Source: Bugula neritina (Eukaryota; Animalia; Bryozoa). From it: a stretch of 64,000 nt of DNA. Every line of letters begins with the position of its first letter. Within the stretch, counting starts at the first letter, position 1. A model generated the notes under the pieces. The model searched no databases, was not told the DNA's origin, and saw only the letters and a list, made by a program, of their open reading frames with translations. This document shows, piece after piece, positions 31,301 to 41,150 of this stretch. Both the position numbers and the translations under genes were made by a program. The stretch is taken from assembly GCA_964035545.1 (NCBI GenBank), contig OZ037769.1, forward strand, positions 12,120,633 to 12,184,632, given 5' to 3'.

Positions 31301-32987
31301 ATTTATATAACTATACTGTAATATATATAAGTGTACTGTAATAAAACACTCAGTAAGTTGACATATATTACCAGTGGAAGAGGAAGATGTCGAGAAGGTG
31401 TATAGTATGGCTAGTGTGATGCCGCAGTGCGGAGGTCTACAGGTGATGCTGACAAGACTGGACTACATACACAACTACTACAGAGGCAAGCAGCTGGTGC
31501 AGGTGCTGCTTAAACTATTTGATTACTGTCTCAAGCTGAATGTGAACAGGAAGGAGATGATTAAACCAGAAATAGACACCATCAGGTGAGGTCCAACATT
31601 GTGCTTTTCTAAAAGCAATTCTACGCAAATCTTTCCTTATTCCCAGTGAAGATACCTATACAAGCTCATTAGTCTGTCAATTCATTTTGTGGCTGTGTAA
31701 CTGCAAACACTGTGCTCTGAGATATGGGCTGGTAGAATAGAAAAACTTACCCAAGTTTATAGTCACTATCCCTGTGAAACACCTGATGGAAAGGGATTAT
31801 TTAAATCAGGCTAAAGACTTATTCATGTGGGCAAAGGAGCAATTATGACTGGATGCTCTTCCTAACATCAACGACGGATTTTGTCGGGGTTTGAACCCAT
31901 GAGTTTGTGTTTACTAAGCAAACGCTTTAACCCCTAGACCACGGCTACTGGTAGAATACTTCTTTTTTAATTAGATGTATCCAATCTCATGGAGTTCACA
32001 AGACATGTAGAGTTGTGTTGCTTTCAGTCGGAATATGATAAACACGAATATGACACACTGTGTGTAGTTGTGTCAAGGTGTTACTGTGTGTAGTTGTGTC
32101 ACGGTGTTTGGTGTTGCAGTGTTATGTTGAGAGCGTTGAACAGAGCGTTGAGAGCCGAGCAACAGGTGGGTCAGACTGTGACTGCACCAGCTGGACAGAG
32201 TAATACAGAGAAAGTTGTTCAGCTGATGGAGATTGTCCTGTCTGAAGCCAGCCATCTCCCTCCACATGACTACACGGTTAGTTGGCCTCAGTACCATTGT
32301 TCTTCTGGCAGAAACATCTGAACTTGTTATAGCATTGCAATGTATTATAATCAATTATTAAAACCTGTAGGTGCAGTAGTGGAGAAATTGAGATAGCCCA
32401 AGTTCTTCAAATTTATTTATAAGTTTTGGTTTGGGGCGCGAGTTGAAATTTTTTGCGAGAACAATTTCTTTTGCTACGTTTCTAATTTAGAACACAGGCT
32501 TTTCTCAATTTCTCCCTTACTGCACCTACCTCCACACAGTCAAAGCTGATATTGTTAGTTTGAAGTTGAATTTTTCACTCAACATTTCCGTGTATCATGT
32601 GACAGGAGTTCACAAAGAGATGTGGTGACTCTAACCAGCTAATGCTGCTGCTAGAGCGAATAGACTCGCCGTTCGTGCGTTCTAATCCCGCAGTACTGGA
32701 GGCTCTCATGAGACTCATTCCGTTTTTGGCGTGTGGCGAGGAAGACAAGATGGCCACTCTAGTGAATCACTTCAAACCCTTCCTCAATTTCCTAGAGTGA
32801 GTTACACTGTGCATAGTGTGGTGTGTTTTATATCCTCGTTTTATATATCATCAGCATATACTATGTATACTATACTATACTATATTATTGTGCAGTCAGT
32901 TTTACTTGTACATAAGTAACACTTACGCTGCTTGTAGTAGAACAGGTTACATGCGAATGTTATATATTATATTACTATACTATACTG

Positions 32988-33063
<76 letters not shown>

Positions 33064-36000
33064 CTTCAAGACAGTAAAATATGGTAATAATATATGTATA
33101 TGGCTGTTATACACACTATTATATTATCATAATGTTACATATGAGTATTATATGCTATAATATATATTATATATGTGTCATGGAGTCGTTATAATATAAT
33201 CATTTACACATGCGTGTCACATATTATATTACTATACTCACTGTCGCATACTATATTACTATACTGAGTGTTATACACTATACTCAGGTTTGATATGAAT
33301 CATTCTGACAATGAGATGACATACTTGGAGTGTTTCTGTGTCATCGTCTCCGGCATCAAGGAGAATGCAAATGGCCGCCGTCTCAAGCAGCTCATCATAG
33401 ATAAGCACATACTCTCAGATGCCATAGACTATATCGCTGTCAGGGCACCTGTGGTGAAAACTCTTCTGGCGTGAGTTTAATTGTAGTTACAGTTCGGTGA
33501 ACAGGTGTGGTTATCACGCAGTGTTTACTATGGCTAAGTTTGGTTACTACATATCTTGGTGTTTGTATGTGAGCGTATAGTGTACACTGTACAATGATGG
33601 TTATGCTTTCTCTCTATTCATGAATACATTCTTATTTATATATGTGTTTGTAAAAGTAAATGTTTTGAACTTACAAAACTACATGACTTAACTAAATTTT
33701 TAGCATTTAAACTGTGTAGTCAGTTGCGCCTTATTTTAGTGATGCTTGGTAGGGACAAGCTAAGCTAAATCTGCTTCCTTTTCTGAAATTTATGTGTAAC
33801 ACAGAAAGTGTGTATACTCTATATTCTATAACATGTAGAATAGATTGTGTTAGTGTGTTTCTCATTAGAACTGTATAGTATATTATGTCACACATCTGTA
33901 GAACTGACGCGGATGACTGGAAGGAGTTTGTCAGCCGCCCAGTGCTGCCGTACGTGCTGAGGTTACTGAATGGGATGTGTTCGGGTCACGCGGTGTCGCA
34001 GGTGAAGGTCGGTGAGGCCATGATAGCCATTCTACACAAGTTGGAGCATATGTCCTCTCACGGCCAGATCGGCTCTCTGGCTGAGAATCTGATGGAAACT
34101 CTCTGTCAGAATGACAGTGTGAAGAAACAGGTATATTACTCTATCACATTATATATACTCTCTGCTACATCACATGTACACTATATATACTCTCTGCTAC
34201 ATCACATGTATATTATATATACTCTCTGCTACATCACATGTACTCAATATGTACTCTCTGCTACATTACTCTGTCACATATATATTATATATATACTCTC
34301 TAATACATCACATGTACATTATATATACTCTCTAATGCATCACATGTACACTATATATACTCTCTTATACATCACATGTACACTATATATACTCTCTGCT
34401 ACATTGCTCTATCACATGTATATTATATATACTCTCTGCTACATTACATGTATACTATATATATACTCTCTGGTTTAGATTCAGCAGATCAGAGCTCAAA
34501 CCAAGGCGGAGAAGAAGAGACTAGCCATGGCTGTGAGAGAGAAGCACCTCAGCTCCATTGGTATGAAGACAAACAAGAAGGGACAGGTGGTGGTCACCTC
34601 AGACTTGCTGAAAGAGGCAGACGACTTGAAAGAAGAGTCTGGGCTGATCTGTAGCATCTGCAGGGAAGGCTACCACAACCAGCCCTCCAAGGTGAGAACA
34701 CCCTGGTCTAGTTTAGTGATAGGCAGCTGTGCTGATGGTATTCATTTTTGTGTTATCAAGTGTGTAATCATGGTTCAGTATACTTTCCTGTCACTATCAG
34801 CATAGATGCATTGGTAAACATTCTATAAATCAGTGACATAGTGTTTATTTTTTATGTTTCTTTTCTTGATACGCAATTGTAACTTTCGTTATTTTTATTT
34901 CTACAATAAATGTTAGGTTTTTTAAAAGTAGTTAGTATATCGTCAAATGATCACCAGTTTCTGGCATTTTATATGGTAGCTATGCCAATACTGATATTAT
35001 CCAGTAATATCATAGACAGTGCGTGTAGATTGGTACGTGTTCTGTTGTAGGTGCTGGCACTGTACACCTTCACTAAGAGGGTCAACATAGAGGAGTATGA
35101 AACCAGGTCCCGGAAGCTGCCGGGATTGTTCACTGTTAGTCACATGAATCTGGTGCACGCAGGTTGGTTACATATACTACTTCCTGTATGATATAATGTA
35201 GTGTGTACAACACACAGTGTTAACATGTACATAGTAGCTACAATGTATTACAACCTATACACAGTGTATTACAATCTATGTATACACAATTTATTACAAT
35301 CTGCACACAATGTATTATAAGTATAGTATTGTATGATTCAATTATAAAGCTATGCTATTTATTTAGAGTATAGAATACTACATGATGTTCACATACTAAT
35401 TCTGAATATTGTATTTTTGATATATGGATGTTTTAAAGTATTTCCATCATTAGCATTGTATCATGTCACCTGTTATATCATATATCATTTTATATCGTAT
35501 TATCACGTATGTAATAGTGTATCACCCTTAGTCTTGTATCAAACCATCACTTGTATTGTATTACCTCATCACTTGTATCCATAGACTGTCATGCGTCGGC
35601 TGTGAGATTAGCTAGTGTCAGAGATGAGTGGGAGTCGGCTACCCTCCTCAATGCTAATTCCAAGTGCAATGGACTGCTGCCTCTCTGGGGACCCCAGGTG
35701 AGGACCTTCAGCTGATATACGGCAGCGCTATTACTCACTATGCGGCAGCTCTAATATATTATGACATACACTAGTTTACTGTGTATATTATGACATACAG
35801 TAGTGTACTGTTTATATTATGACATACACTAGTTTACTGTTTATATTATGACGTACACTAGTTGATTGTTACTGCAGGTTCCTGAAAGTAACTTTGCCTC
35901 GGCTCTCGCTAAACACAACACGTATTTGAGGGACGCCACCGATCTTCGGGACGACTCCTACACACTCACGGTTCACGATATTAAGATACTTCTCCTCAAG

Positions 36001-38520
36001 TTTGCTAATGAGCAGCCGTTTGGTGCAGATGGCGGGGGAGGTGGACGGAACAGCAACATGCTGCTCATCCCCTACGAGCTGCTGCTAGCTCTCTACGTTA
36101 TCATCAAGTAAGTGTGACTCGCTCACTGGCCTTCAGTAAATTATTACCTAATGTGGCATGGTTTTAGACTTCAACAGTTTTAAAGTTAATTCTACCTTCA
36201 TGTTTACACAGAAGATTTTCATGAAACTTATTTTGTAACTGTTGTTTCAATGAATTATGTTTTATGTTTACAAACACTAATAGAATTTCTAATTATAGTG
36301 TCATGGTGTACCATACTATCTTGTCATATCTGGTAAATGGTACTTAATACTATATTTTAGCATTTATAATATAAGATATATAGATGATATGTGCTAAAAG
36401 TTGATTGTAGTGATGTTTACTCTATTTTAACACAGTAAAAGGACAGCCAGTGTTAAAGAGAAGAATCTGAGGGCGTTTGCAGACACCCCCAAGGCCAAGT
36501 GGGTGGAATCCAGCTATGAAGTGGACGGGCCAGCCTACTGGCTCATCATTTCTCTCGCTCTTTGGAGTACAGAGGAATGGAAGAAGCAGAAGTTGGTGTT
36601 TTTACAGCGTCTTCTGGTTATGATTCAGGTAGTCATTCTAACTCTCTGCTATAAACATGTGTGCACTCTAATCATAGCTGTAATATAGCAGTAATATAAC
36701 TGTAAAATGTAAGGGGCAGCCGTGGTCTAGGGGTTTGAGCGTTTGGCCTAATAAACTAGAAGTCATCGGTTCAAACCCCAGTAAAGGCCATTGGTGATGT
36801 TAGGAAAAGCATTTAGTCATAATTGCTCCTGTGCCACATCAAAGTATATCCTTCGCCCGATTTAACAAAATACCATTTCCATCAGGAATTTTTCACAGGG
36901 ATGTTGACTATAAACTTGCGTGAGTGAGTTTTGTAACTGTAAAATATAACTAATAAGACTGTAACACAGCAGTAATATAACTGTAACACAGCAGTAATAT
37001 AGCAGTAATATGACTGTAATATACTTGTAGTACAGCAGTAATATAGCAGTAATATAGATGTTGTATTGGTATATATTTTAGACTCGGAAGTTGTCTTCTG
37101 TCGGCAACAAGACTCTAACAGATAAAACCCCTCAACCTTACACTCTGTACAAGCCAATGGTTGTGTTGTTTGGATTGGTTGACGCCATTTATAACACCAT
37201 GTTCAAGGTTGGTTGCCCTGCTTCAACTGTATAGTATAAGCTATATTGAATAACTGACAGGCACTTTCTGATTGAACAGTTCTCTCTCCAAAGTTTGAAC
37301 TGTTGAAAATGGAACATGTTGGTGGATCCATAGTTTAGATAAAAACAGGTTTTGTTTTGTATTTTCTTGCATTTCCTTGCCTCAGGCTACAATAATCCAG
37401 TAGTTTTCAGGCTACAATAACTCATTTATCCTAATGCTAAAGTATTCTAGCGTGCTAAAGCTACAATAACCTTGTAGTTCTCAGGCTACAGTGTTCTAGT
37501 GGTGCTAAAGCCATGTCTATGGATTTATCTCTTTCTGTTTACAGTCGGTGCCATGTGACGGCTGCTGGGTGGAGTCTCTCATGACCTATATTCGGAACAA
37601 TGACATGGCTCTGAGTGAAGCCAGCGAGAAGATTGTGTCGTTCTACGAGTGTGAGCTGCTGCCTTGCGAGAGTCTAGCCGAAGCCTTTGACGTCTTGGGT
37701 AAGTTTTCGTTGGACTCACTCGGAATATAAAGTAGGGTAGGCAGAAGTACTTGTCAGTCACAACATGTTTAGTATATTTTATTTTATTTTAGTTCTGGGA
37801 GTTGAGTATGGTTTCTTGTACATTGCTTATACTCAGCTTTGTAGTTTGCAAAACCAGAAATAGCTACTTCTGAGGTTGTTTTCATGCTAAGTTTCAATTG
37901 TGCCATGATTTGAAACATATTTGCTGTAGACTGCAATGACATGTGTATACATGTGTGTGTGTGTAGAATATAATATGTGCAATCACACAAGATATGAAAG
38001 TTGCCACTAACTAAATATACGCAGCCTTAGTGTAGCAAAACTGCTCTTGCCACCTAAATGAAATTCTATGTGGACTGCTGGGAAGGGTCTGTCACTTCAG
38101 TTTGTCAAAGGGGGGAGGTGGTATGCTGTTTTCTAAGATAACCTCATAGAATGTTATGGTTACTACATTTAATAGCATCAGCTAAGGGCTGTACTACTAT
38201 TGTTTAGTTAGTTCTACTTGATTAACCTTTATAGCTTTCTGGTGTGCAGAGAGGTGCTGGCTCTGCGTACTGCATATCTTTTGCAGCTGTTTAAGTTTAG
38301 TAGAGCAGACAGTAGAGCAGTTTGGCCCCTACATGGCAGTTCTATTAACTTTGTTTATGTGTCTATTGGCTAAGCCGCTAGTACAAACCATGCTGCAGGT
38401 AAAAATTTCAAGTACTAATGTGCAGCCTAATAATTATATTGTTTGGCTATTTTAGGTTTACTTGGTGAGGTTAGCGACCCAGATGGATGGCTGAAGGCAC
38501 TGCTGCAAGAGATACCTTAA
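544..38520 (+). CDS. UBR4: E3/E4 ubiquitin ligase UBR4 (p600/pushover/BIG family); 5'-truncated by the window edge, about 70 GT-AG exons within this span
   Basis: Spliced translation gives a UBR box ([16 protein letters not shown]|[33 protein letters not shown]|GSFFCDCG) and UBR4-typical blocks: [55 protein letters not shown]|[37 protein letters not shown]. Last exon 38457-38520 reads [21 protein letters not shown], like the UBR4 C-terminus. Junction phases I checked were consistent. Confidence 0.97.
1285..1475 (+). repeat. Dispersed AT-rich repeat; second copy at ~3900-4088
   Basis: Shared blocks TTTGTTAATATT, TATATATTAGC.GCTA...TGTGAAAA.TAGC.AAAA, AGTGTGTACTAAATTA. Confidence 0.7.
2446..2900. 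repeat. Intronic minisatellite, ~14-17-bp unit (CAGTACTACTCTCT)
   Basis: Visible tandem array. Confidence 0.9.
3405..3612. repeat. Intronic minisatellite, 17-21-bp unit (CTATGACTATACACTAA)
   Basis: Visible tandem array ending near the acceptor at 3629. Confidence 0.9.
4290..5060 (+). other. UBR4: UBR-box zinc-finger coding exons of UBR4 (4172-4342, 4429-4529, 5032 onward)
   Basis: C/H pattern LCTF...QHWYHCYTC...GVCSVC..VCH..H.......GSFFCDCG across three phase-compatible exons. Confidence 0.95.
4592..4972. repeat. Intronic minisatellite, 34-bp unit
   Basis: GTTACTGTATGTTATACTAAGTTACTTACACTCT about 11 times. Confidence 0.92.
5790..5977 (+). mobile_element. MITE family A (CAGTG-terminal TIRs, Tc1/mariner-type)
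   Basis: ~22-bp imperfect TIRs CA(A/G)TGCTYCYTCCRTATCTCAC; internal similarity to three other copies. Confidence 0.75.
6912..7175. repeat. Minisatellite, 31-bp unit containing the splice donor CAG|GTTAGT
   Basis: ATACAGGTTAGTACTACTCACTATACACTAT repeated from the exon junction at 6917/6918. Confidence 0.92.
8421..8633 (-). mobile_element. tRNA-Thr(AGT)-derived SINE
   Basis: A/B-box tRNA head and shared body; ~19-bp TSD TAAT(A/G)TTAATTCACTTATA. Confidence 0.88.
11193..11368 (-). mobile_element. MITE family A copy
   Basis: TA|CAGTGTTTCCTCCGTGTCTTAC ... GGCGGCACTC|TA; shared internal blocks. Confidence 0.7.
12182..12400 (+). mobile_element. MITE family A copy
   Basis: TA|CAGTGCTC ... GTGAGATACACAAGGAGCACTG; shared GTGAGTTAAAT...TATTCTA block. 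Confidence 0.72.
13446..13615. repeat. Minisatellite, ~31-bp unit starting at a splice donor
   Basis: AAAC(C/T)GTAAGA..TGCTTATAGTATCTATAT about 5 times. Confidence 0.85.
15778..15997 (+). mobile_element. tRNA-derived SINE, same family
   Basis: GGGAGCAGCCGTGGTCTAGGGGT...GGTTCAAACCCC...TTAGGAAGAGCATCCAGTCATAATTGCTCCTGTGCC...ACTATAAAC. Confidence 0.88.
17085..17385. repeat. Intronic degenerate repeat (ATACTATGCTATACTC) with higher-order duplication
   Basis: Visible array; source of spurious Tyr/Leu-rich ORFs. Confidence 0.85.
18222..18686. repeat. Intronic minisatellite, 29-bp unit
   Basis: ACAGTATATACTATAAACAGTATAATATT about 16 times. Confidence 0.93.
21034..21236 (-). mobile_element. tRNA-derived SINE, same family (diverged)
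   Basis: Reverse complement of family body GGAGCAATTATGACTGGATGCTCTTCCTAACATCACCAATGG. Confidence 0.85.
22320..22378. repeat. (TA)n microsatellite
   Basis: Pure TA run. Confidence 0.97.
23996..24190 (-). mobile_element. MITE family A copy
   Basis: AGTGCTTCCTCTGTATCTCAC ... TGAGATGCGGAGGAGCACTG|TA. Confidence 0.72.
26520..27035. repeat. Intronic minisatellite, 20-bp unit
   Basis: GACTGTACTAGTAGTTGAGT about 25 times. Confidence 0.93.
28230..28690. repeat. Intronic minisatellite, 32-bp unit
   Basis: ACAGTAGACATTGTACTAGTAGTAGAGGTTAT about 14 times. Confidence 0.93.
29385..29995. repeat. Intronic minisatellite, 34-bp unit
   Basis: TACTCACACACTACTCTACACTATACTCTGTAT(G/C) about 18 times, ending at the acceptor at 30004. 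Confidence 0.95.
31740..31947 (-). mobile_element. tRNA-derived SINE, same family
   Basis: Family head and body; TSD CTGGTAGAATA. Confidence 0.87.
32367..32529. mobile_element. MITE-like element with ~30-40-bp TIRs
   Basis: GTAGGTGCAGTAGTGGAGAAATTGAGA ... TCTCAATTTCTCCCTTACTGCACCTAC. Confidence 0.7.
32989..33059. repeat. (TA)n microsatellite
   Basis: Pure TA run. Confidence 0.97.
34131..34470. repeat. Minisatellite (~31-bp unit) filling almost the whole intron
   Basis: TATATATACTCTCTGCTACATCACATGTACAC-like units from donor to acceptor. Confidence 0.88.
34646..35697 (+). other. UBR4: UBR4 hemi-RING coding exons
   Basis: CSICREGY ... SHMNLVHA|DCHASAVRL ... [24 protein letters not shown], matching the UBR4 C-terminal hemi-RING region. 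Confidence 0.85.
36713..36933 (+). mobile_element. tRNA-derived SINE, same family
   Basis: Family head and body, TGAG-repeat tail; 16-bp TSD TAACTGTAAAAT(G/A)TAA. Confidence 0.88.
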
Positions 38521-38869
38521 AAAGCTCCTAGCAAGATGTTACACTGTTGTTACATCACACTCTCTATATTGACTGGAAATAATATCAGTTATACCCCTAG
38601 TCATTATTACAGCTCCCTGAAGACACTATTACAGCACATGCTTTGCGTTGGTATTTTTGTTGTTGCTTGCCCCTTGCATTGTGTAGACTTTCTTGAATTA
38701 ATCAGTTTTTCACTAAACTAAGATTCACTATTTGATTTTATGTTGTTCTTCTACCTATCCTCAGTTATGGTGACCTTAATAGTTTGTGTTTAGATATATT
38801 ATAATTGTGGTGGTAGACATTAGCCAACAGCTTGCAACTTTATATCCTTACTTTCAATAATACCTATAC

Positions 38870-38875
38870 AATAAA
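38870..38875 (+). promoter_or_regulatory. Probable UBR4 polyadenylation signal
   Basis: AATAAA ~350 nt after the stop codon. Confidence 0.6.
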
Positions 38876-39015
38876 ATCTATTGCTTCATAATACAGAGAA
38901 TTGGCTTCTTTAGCAATTTCAGTTATTGATATTTCATGTGATGGTGGTTAGGACTAGTTTGAGTTCAAATAACATGTAAGAATTCCTTATTGAATAGTTT
39001 ATATGTATTAGATTA

Positions 39016-39227
39016 GGGAGCAGCCGTGGTCTAGGGGTTAGAGTGTTTGCCTAGTAAACGCGAAGGTCATGGGTTCGAGCCCTGACAAAGGCCATTGGTG
39101 ATGTTAGGAAGAGCATCCAGTCATAATTGCTCCTGTGCCTCATTTAAATAAGTCCTTAGCCCGCTTTAACAAAAACCCTTTCTATCAGGGGTTTCTCACA
39201 GGGATAGTGACTATAAACTTGCGTGAG
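39016..39227 (+). mobile_element. tRNA-derived SINE, same family, adjacent to the Gypsy 3' LTR
   Basis: Head with CTAGTAA anticodon loop and GGTTCGAGCCC B box; ~18-bp TSD with 2 mismatches (38998-39015 / 39228-39245). Confidence 0.9.
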
Positions 39228-39246
39228 TTTATATGTATGAGAGTAT

Positions 39247-39829
39247 TGTTGTGATTTTGTGGATTATAAGAATAGACTAGTAGTCTGCATGCCAGTTATT
39301 GTGAGAGAAATAAAGAGTCTTGATTAAAATGAATCTATGAGTATTTATTTCTTCTGACTGCTTCGAGCTCCAGTACAAGAATGAATCAACTTTGAAAAGC
39401 TTCGCACTTATATAGGGGGGAATTCCCGCCACTAATGAGGGGCCGAAACTCGTGCGAATGTCGGGGTTCCGCCGACCGACATCGGAGGGAGTACTGCCCG
39501 ATCTCGGGCAGGTCCCTCCGACATCGTGTCTTCGGTCTCCGACTTCGCACGAGTCTCGGCTTACATATAATAAAAAAAAGAAACGAGTGCGAGGGAATAC
39601 AATTCACAAAAACTATTACAGTAAACAAACAAAAATAATAGGAAGGGCAATTCACAATCATTACGCTATTTACTCCACTAAGCTTAGCTATAATTACAAT
39701 ATTTGAGGCATTAGAAAGCTACGCAAGGAGCTTAGCTATAATTATAGCATTTACAGTATTTACAAAGTTACGCTAAGTCCATTATAATAGTGACGCGATA
39801 TAATTACTAGAGCGTTAAAATCCATTACA
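39247..39829 (-). repeat. 3' LTR (583 bp); - strand AATAAA at 39344-39349
   Basis: Copy of 45605-46187, preceded on the - strand by the PPT. Confidence 0.97.
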
Positions 39830-39841
39830 TTCTCCCCCCAT
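39830..39841 (-). promoter_or_regulatory. Polypurine tract
   Basis: ATGGGGGGAGAA on - strand, abutting the 3' LTR. Confidence 0.9.
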
Positions 39842-39919
39842 CGAAAAGTATCTCCCTTTTCGATAACAGAAAAACAGTTTGGGTGTCGAATGCTGGGGGT
39901 TCGCAGTTGTTGGTCTCAG

Positions 39920-41150
39920 TCATCGGATCCGGCGTATCAGGCTTTCCATTTCCCTTGTGCATTGATCGAGGTGGCAGGATAAGGCCTGGATTCTTCTGTC
40001 CAAGTCGCTCTCTTGAGTGAGGTCAAGGTGGTCCGTAGGTCCAGGGCACCATTGTCTGTTTGGATCAACACTGGGCTGGTTTGCGAGTTGTTGTCCCTGG
40101 AGTCGTCCTGCACTGTCAGGGCTGCTCTGCATCCGAAATTTGGAGTTGTTACCCGTACTGGGTGAACAACTCGATGGCCCAGAGTCGGTTAAGCATCCCA
40201 CGTGGTAATCTGCTAAATATTTTGGGGGTCTTCTATCCCTTTTACTCCTGCCCAGGGTGTCAGATACTGATGTATCGGACTGTCTGTGGGGCTCGTCACT
40301 TGGAGGAGCTTCATTCTGACTTCTTGCTGGTGAGGGAGCGTCCTCTGTCATGGGGGCCACCGGGGTCAAGCCCGGGATTGGCCGATCCTCTAGCTGTGGT
40401 TGGGGTGGTGGATCCGGAATGGGGGCGTTTGGTGGTGGATCCCGAGGCTGAGCTTCTAAGGTATTATGAACTTCTTCGGGGTCACGAATGAATATTTCCC
40501 AGTCCCTGAGTTGGTTCCTCCTCCCACGGGATATGGGCTGGCGTGCTGGTTCCAGCAGTGGTGGTGCCTGCCCTGCAGCCTCCGGGTTTCCGTAGTAGGG
40601 TTTCAACCGCTGCTCGTTTTGGACAGATATTTGCCCTGAGCGCTCCACACGATATGTATGGTTGGGTAAAACCTCTACCACGCAGTAGGGGCCGACGAAC
40701 TTAGGCTGTAATTTAGCCGATTGCCCGCGCCGCCTACGATAGCTGATCATCCACACCCAGTCCCCTTCGCGGTATAGGGGAGGCTCCTCGGAGTCTTCTG
40801 TCCGCACCGTCCACTGTTTCTCTCTCAATGCGTCATGGGCTCTTCTCATGGTCTCTACCAACTTCCCCACGTACTCGTGTACTGGAAATTCGGGGGTCGG
40901 GATATGGTAAGCAAGGTGCTCCGGCACCCTAGTTTCACGGCCCAACATCAACAAATTAGGTGTCTCTTGTGTACTGGAGTGAGGGGTGCTTCGATAGGCC
41001 CGCATGATCTGTGGTAGCATGGTGTCCCACTCTTCTTGGCTCCTCCCCAACAAAAGACTCCGGAGTGCATCACCCAGCATCCGGTTATTCCTCTCTACCA
41101 CTCCATTTCCTTGAGGGTGGTACGGGGTAGTTCGGCTCTGATTCACCCCC
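39920..41150 (-). CDS. pol: Pol part 3: integrase core end, GPY/F module and Pro-rich tail
   Basis: TTPYHPQGNGVVER, AYRSTPHSST, KLQPKFVGPY, RSKRDRRPPKYLADY. Confidence 0.92.

Noticed and set aside
2446-37070. Regularly spaced repeats as CRISPR arrays
   Set aside because: Head-to-tail units with no unique spacers, inside spliceosomal introns of a eukaryotic gene, and no cas genes
39016-39090. tRNA-Thr gene (and the six similar heads)
   Set aside because: No proper acceptor stem; each continues into a shared ~140-bp body and several have TSDs, so they are SINE heads
39386-39706. Small ORFs in the LTRs (duplicated at 45744-46064)
   Set aside because: No recognisable motifs; they overlap in several frames over the GC-rich hairpin
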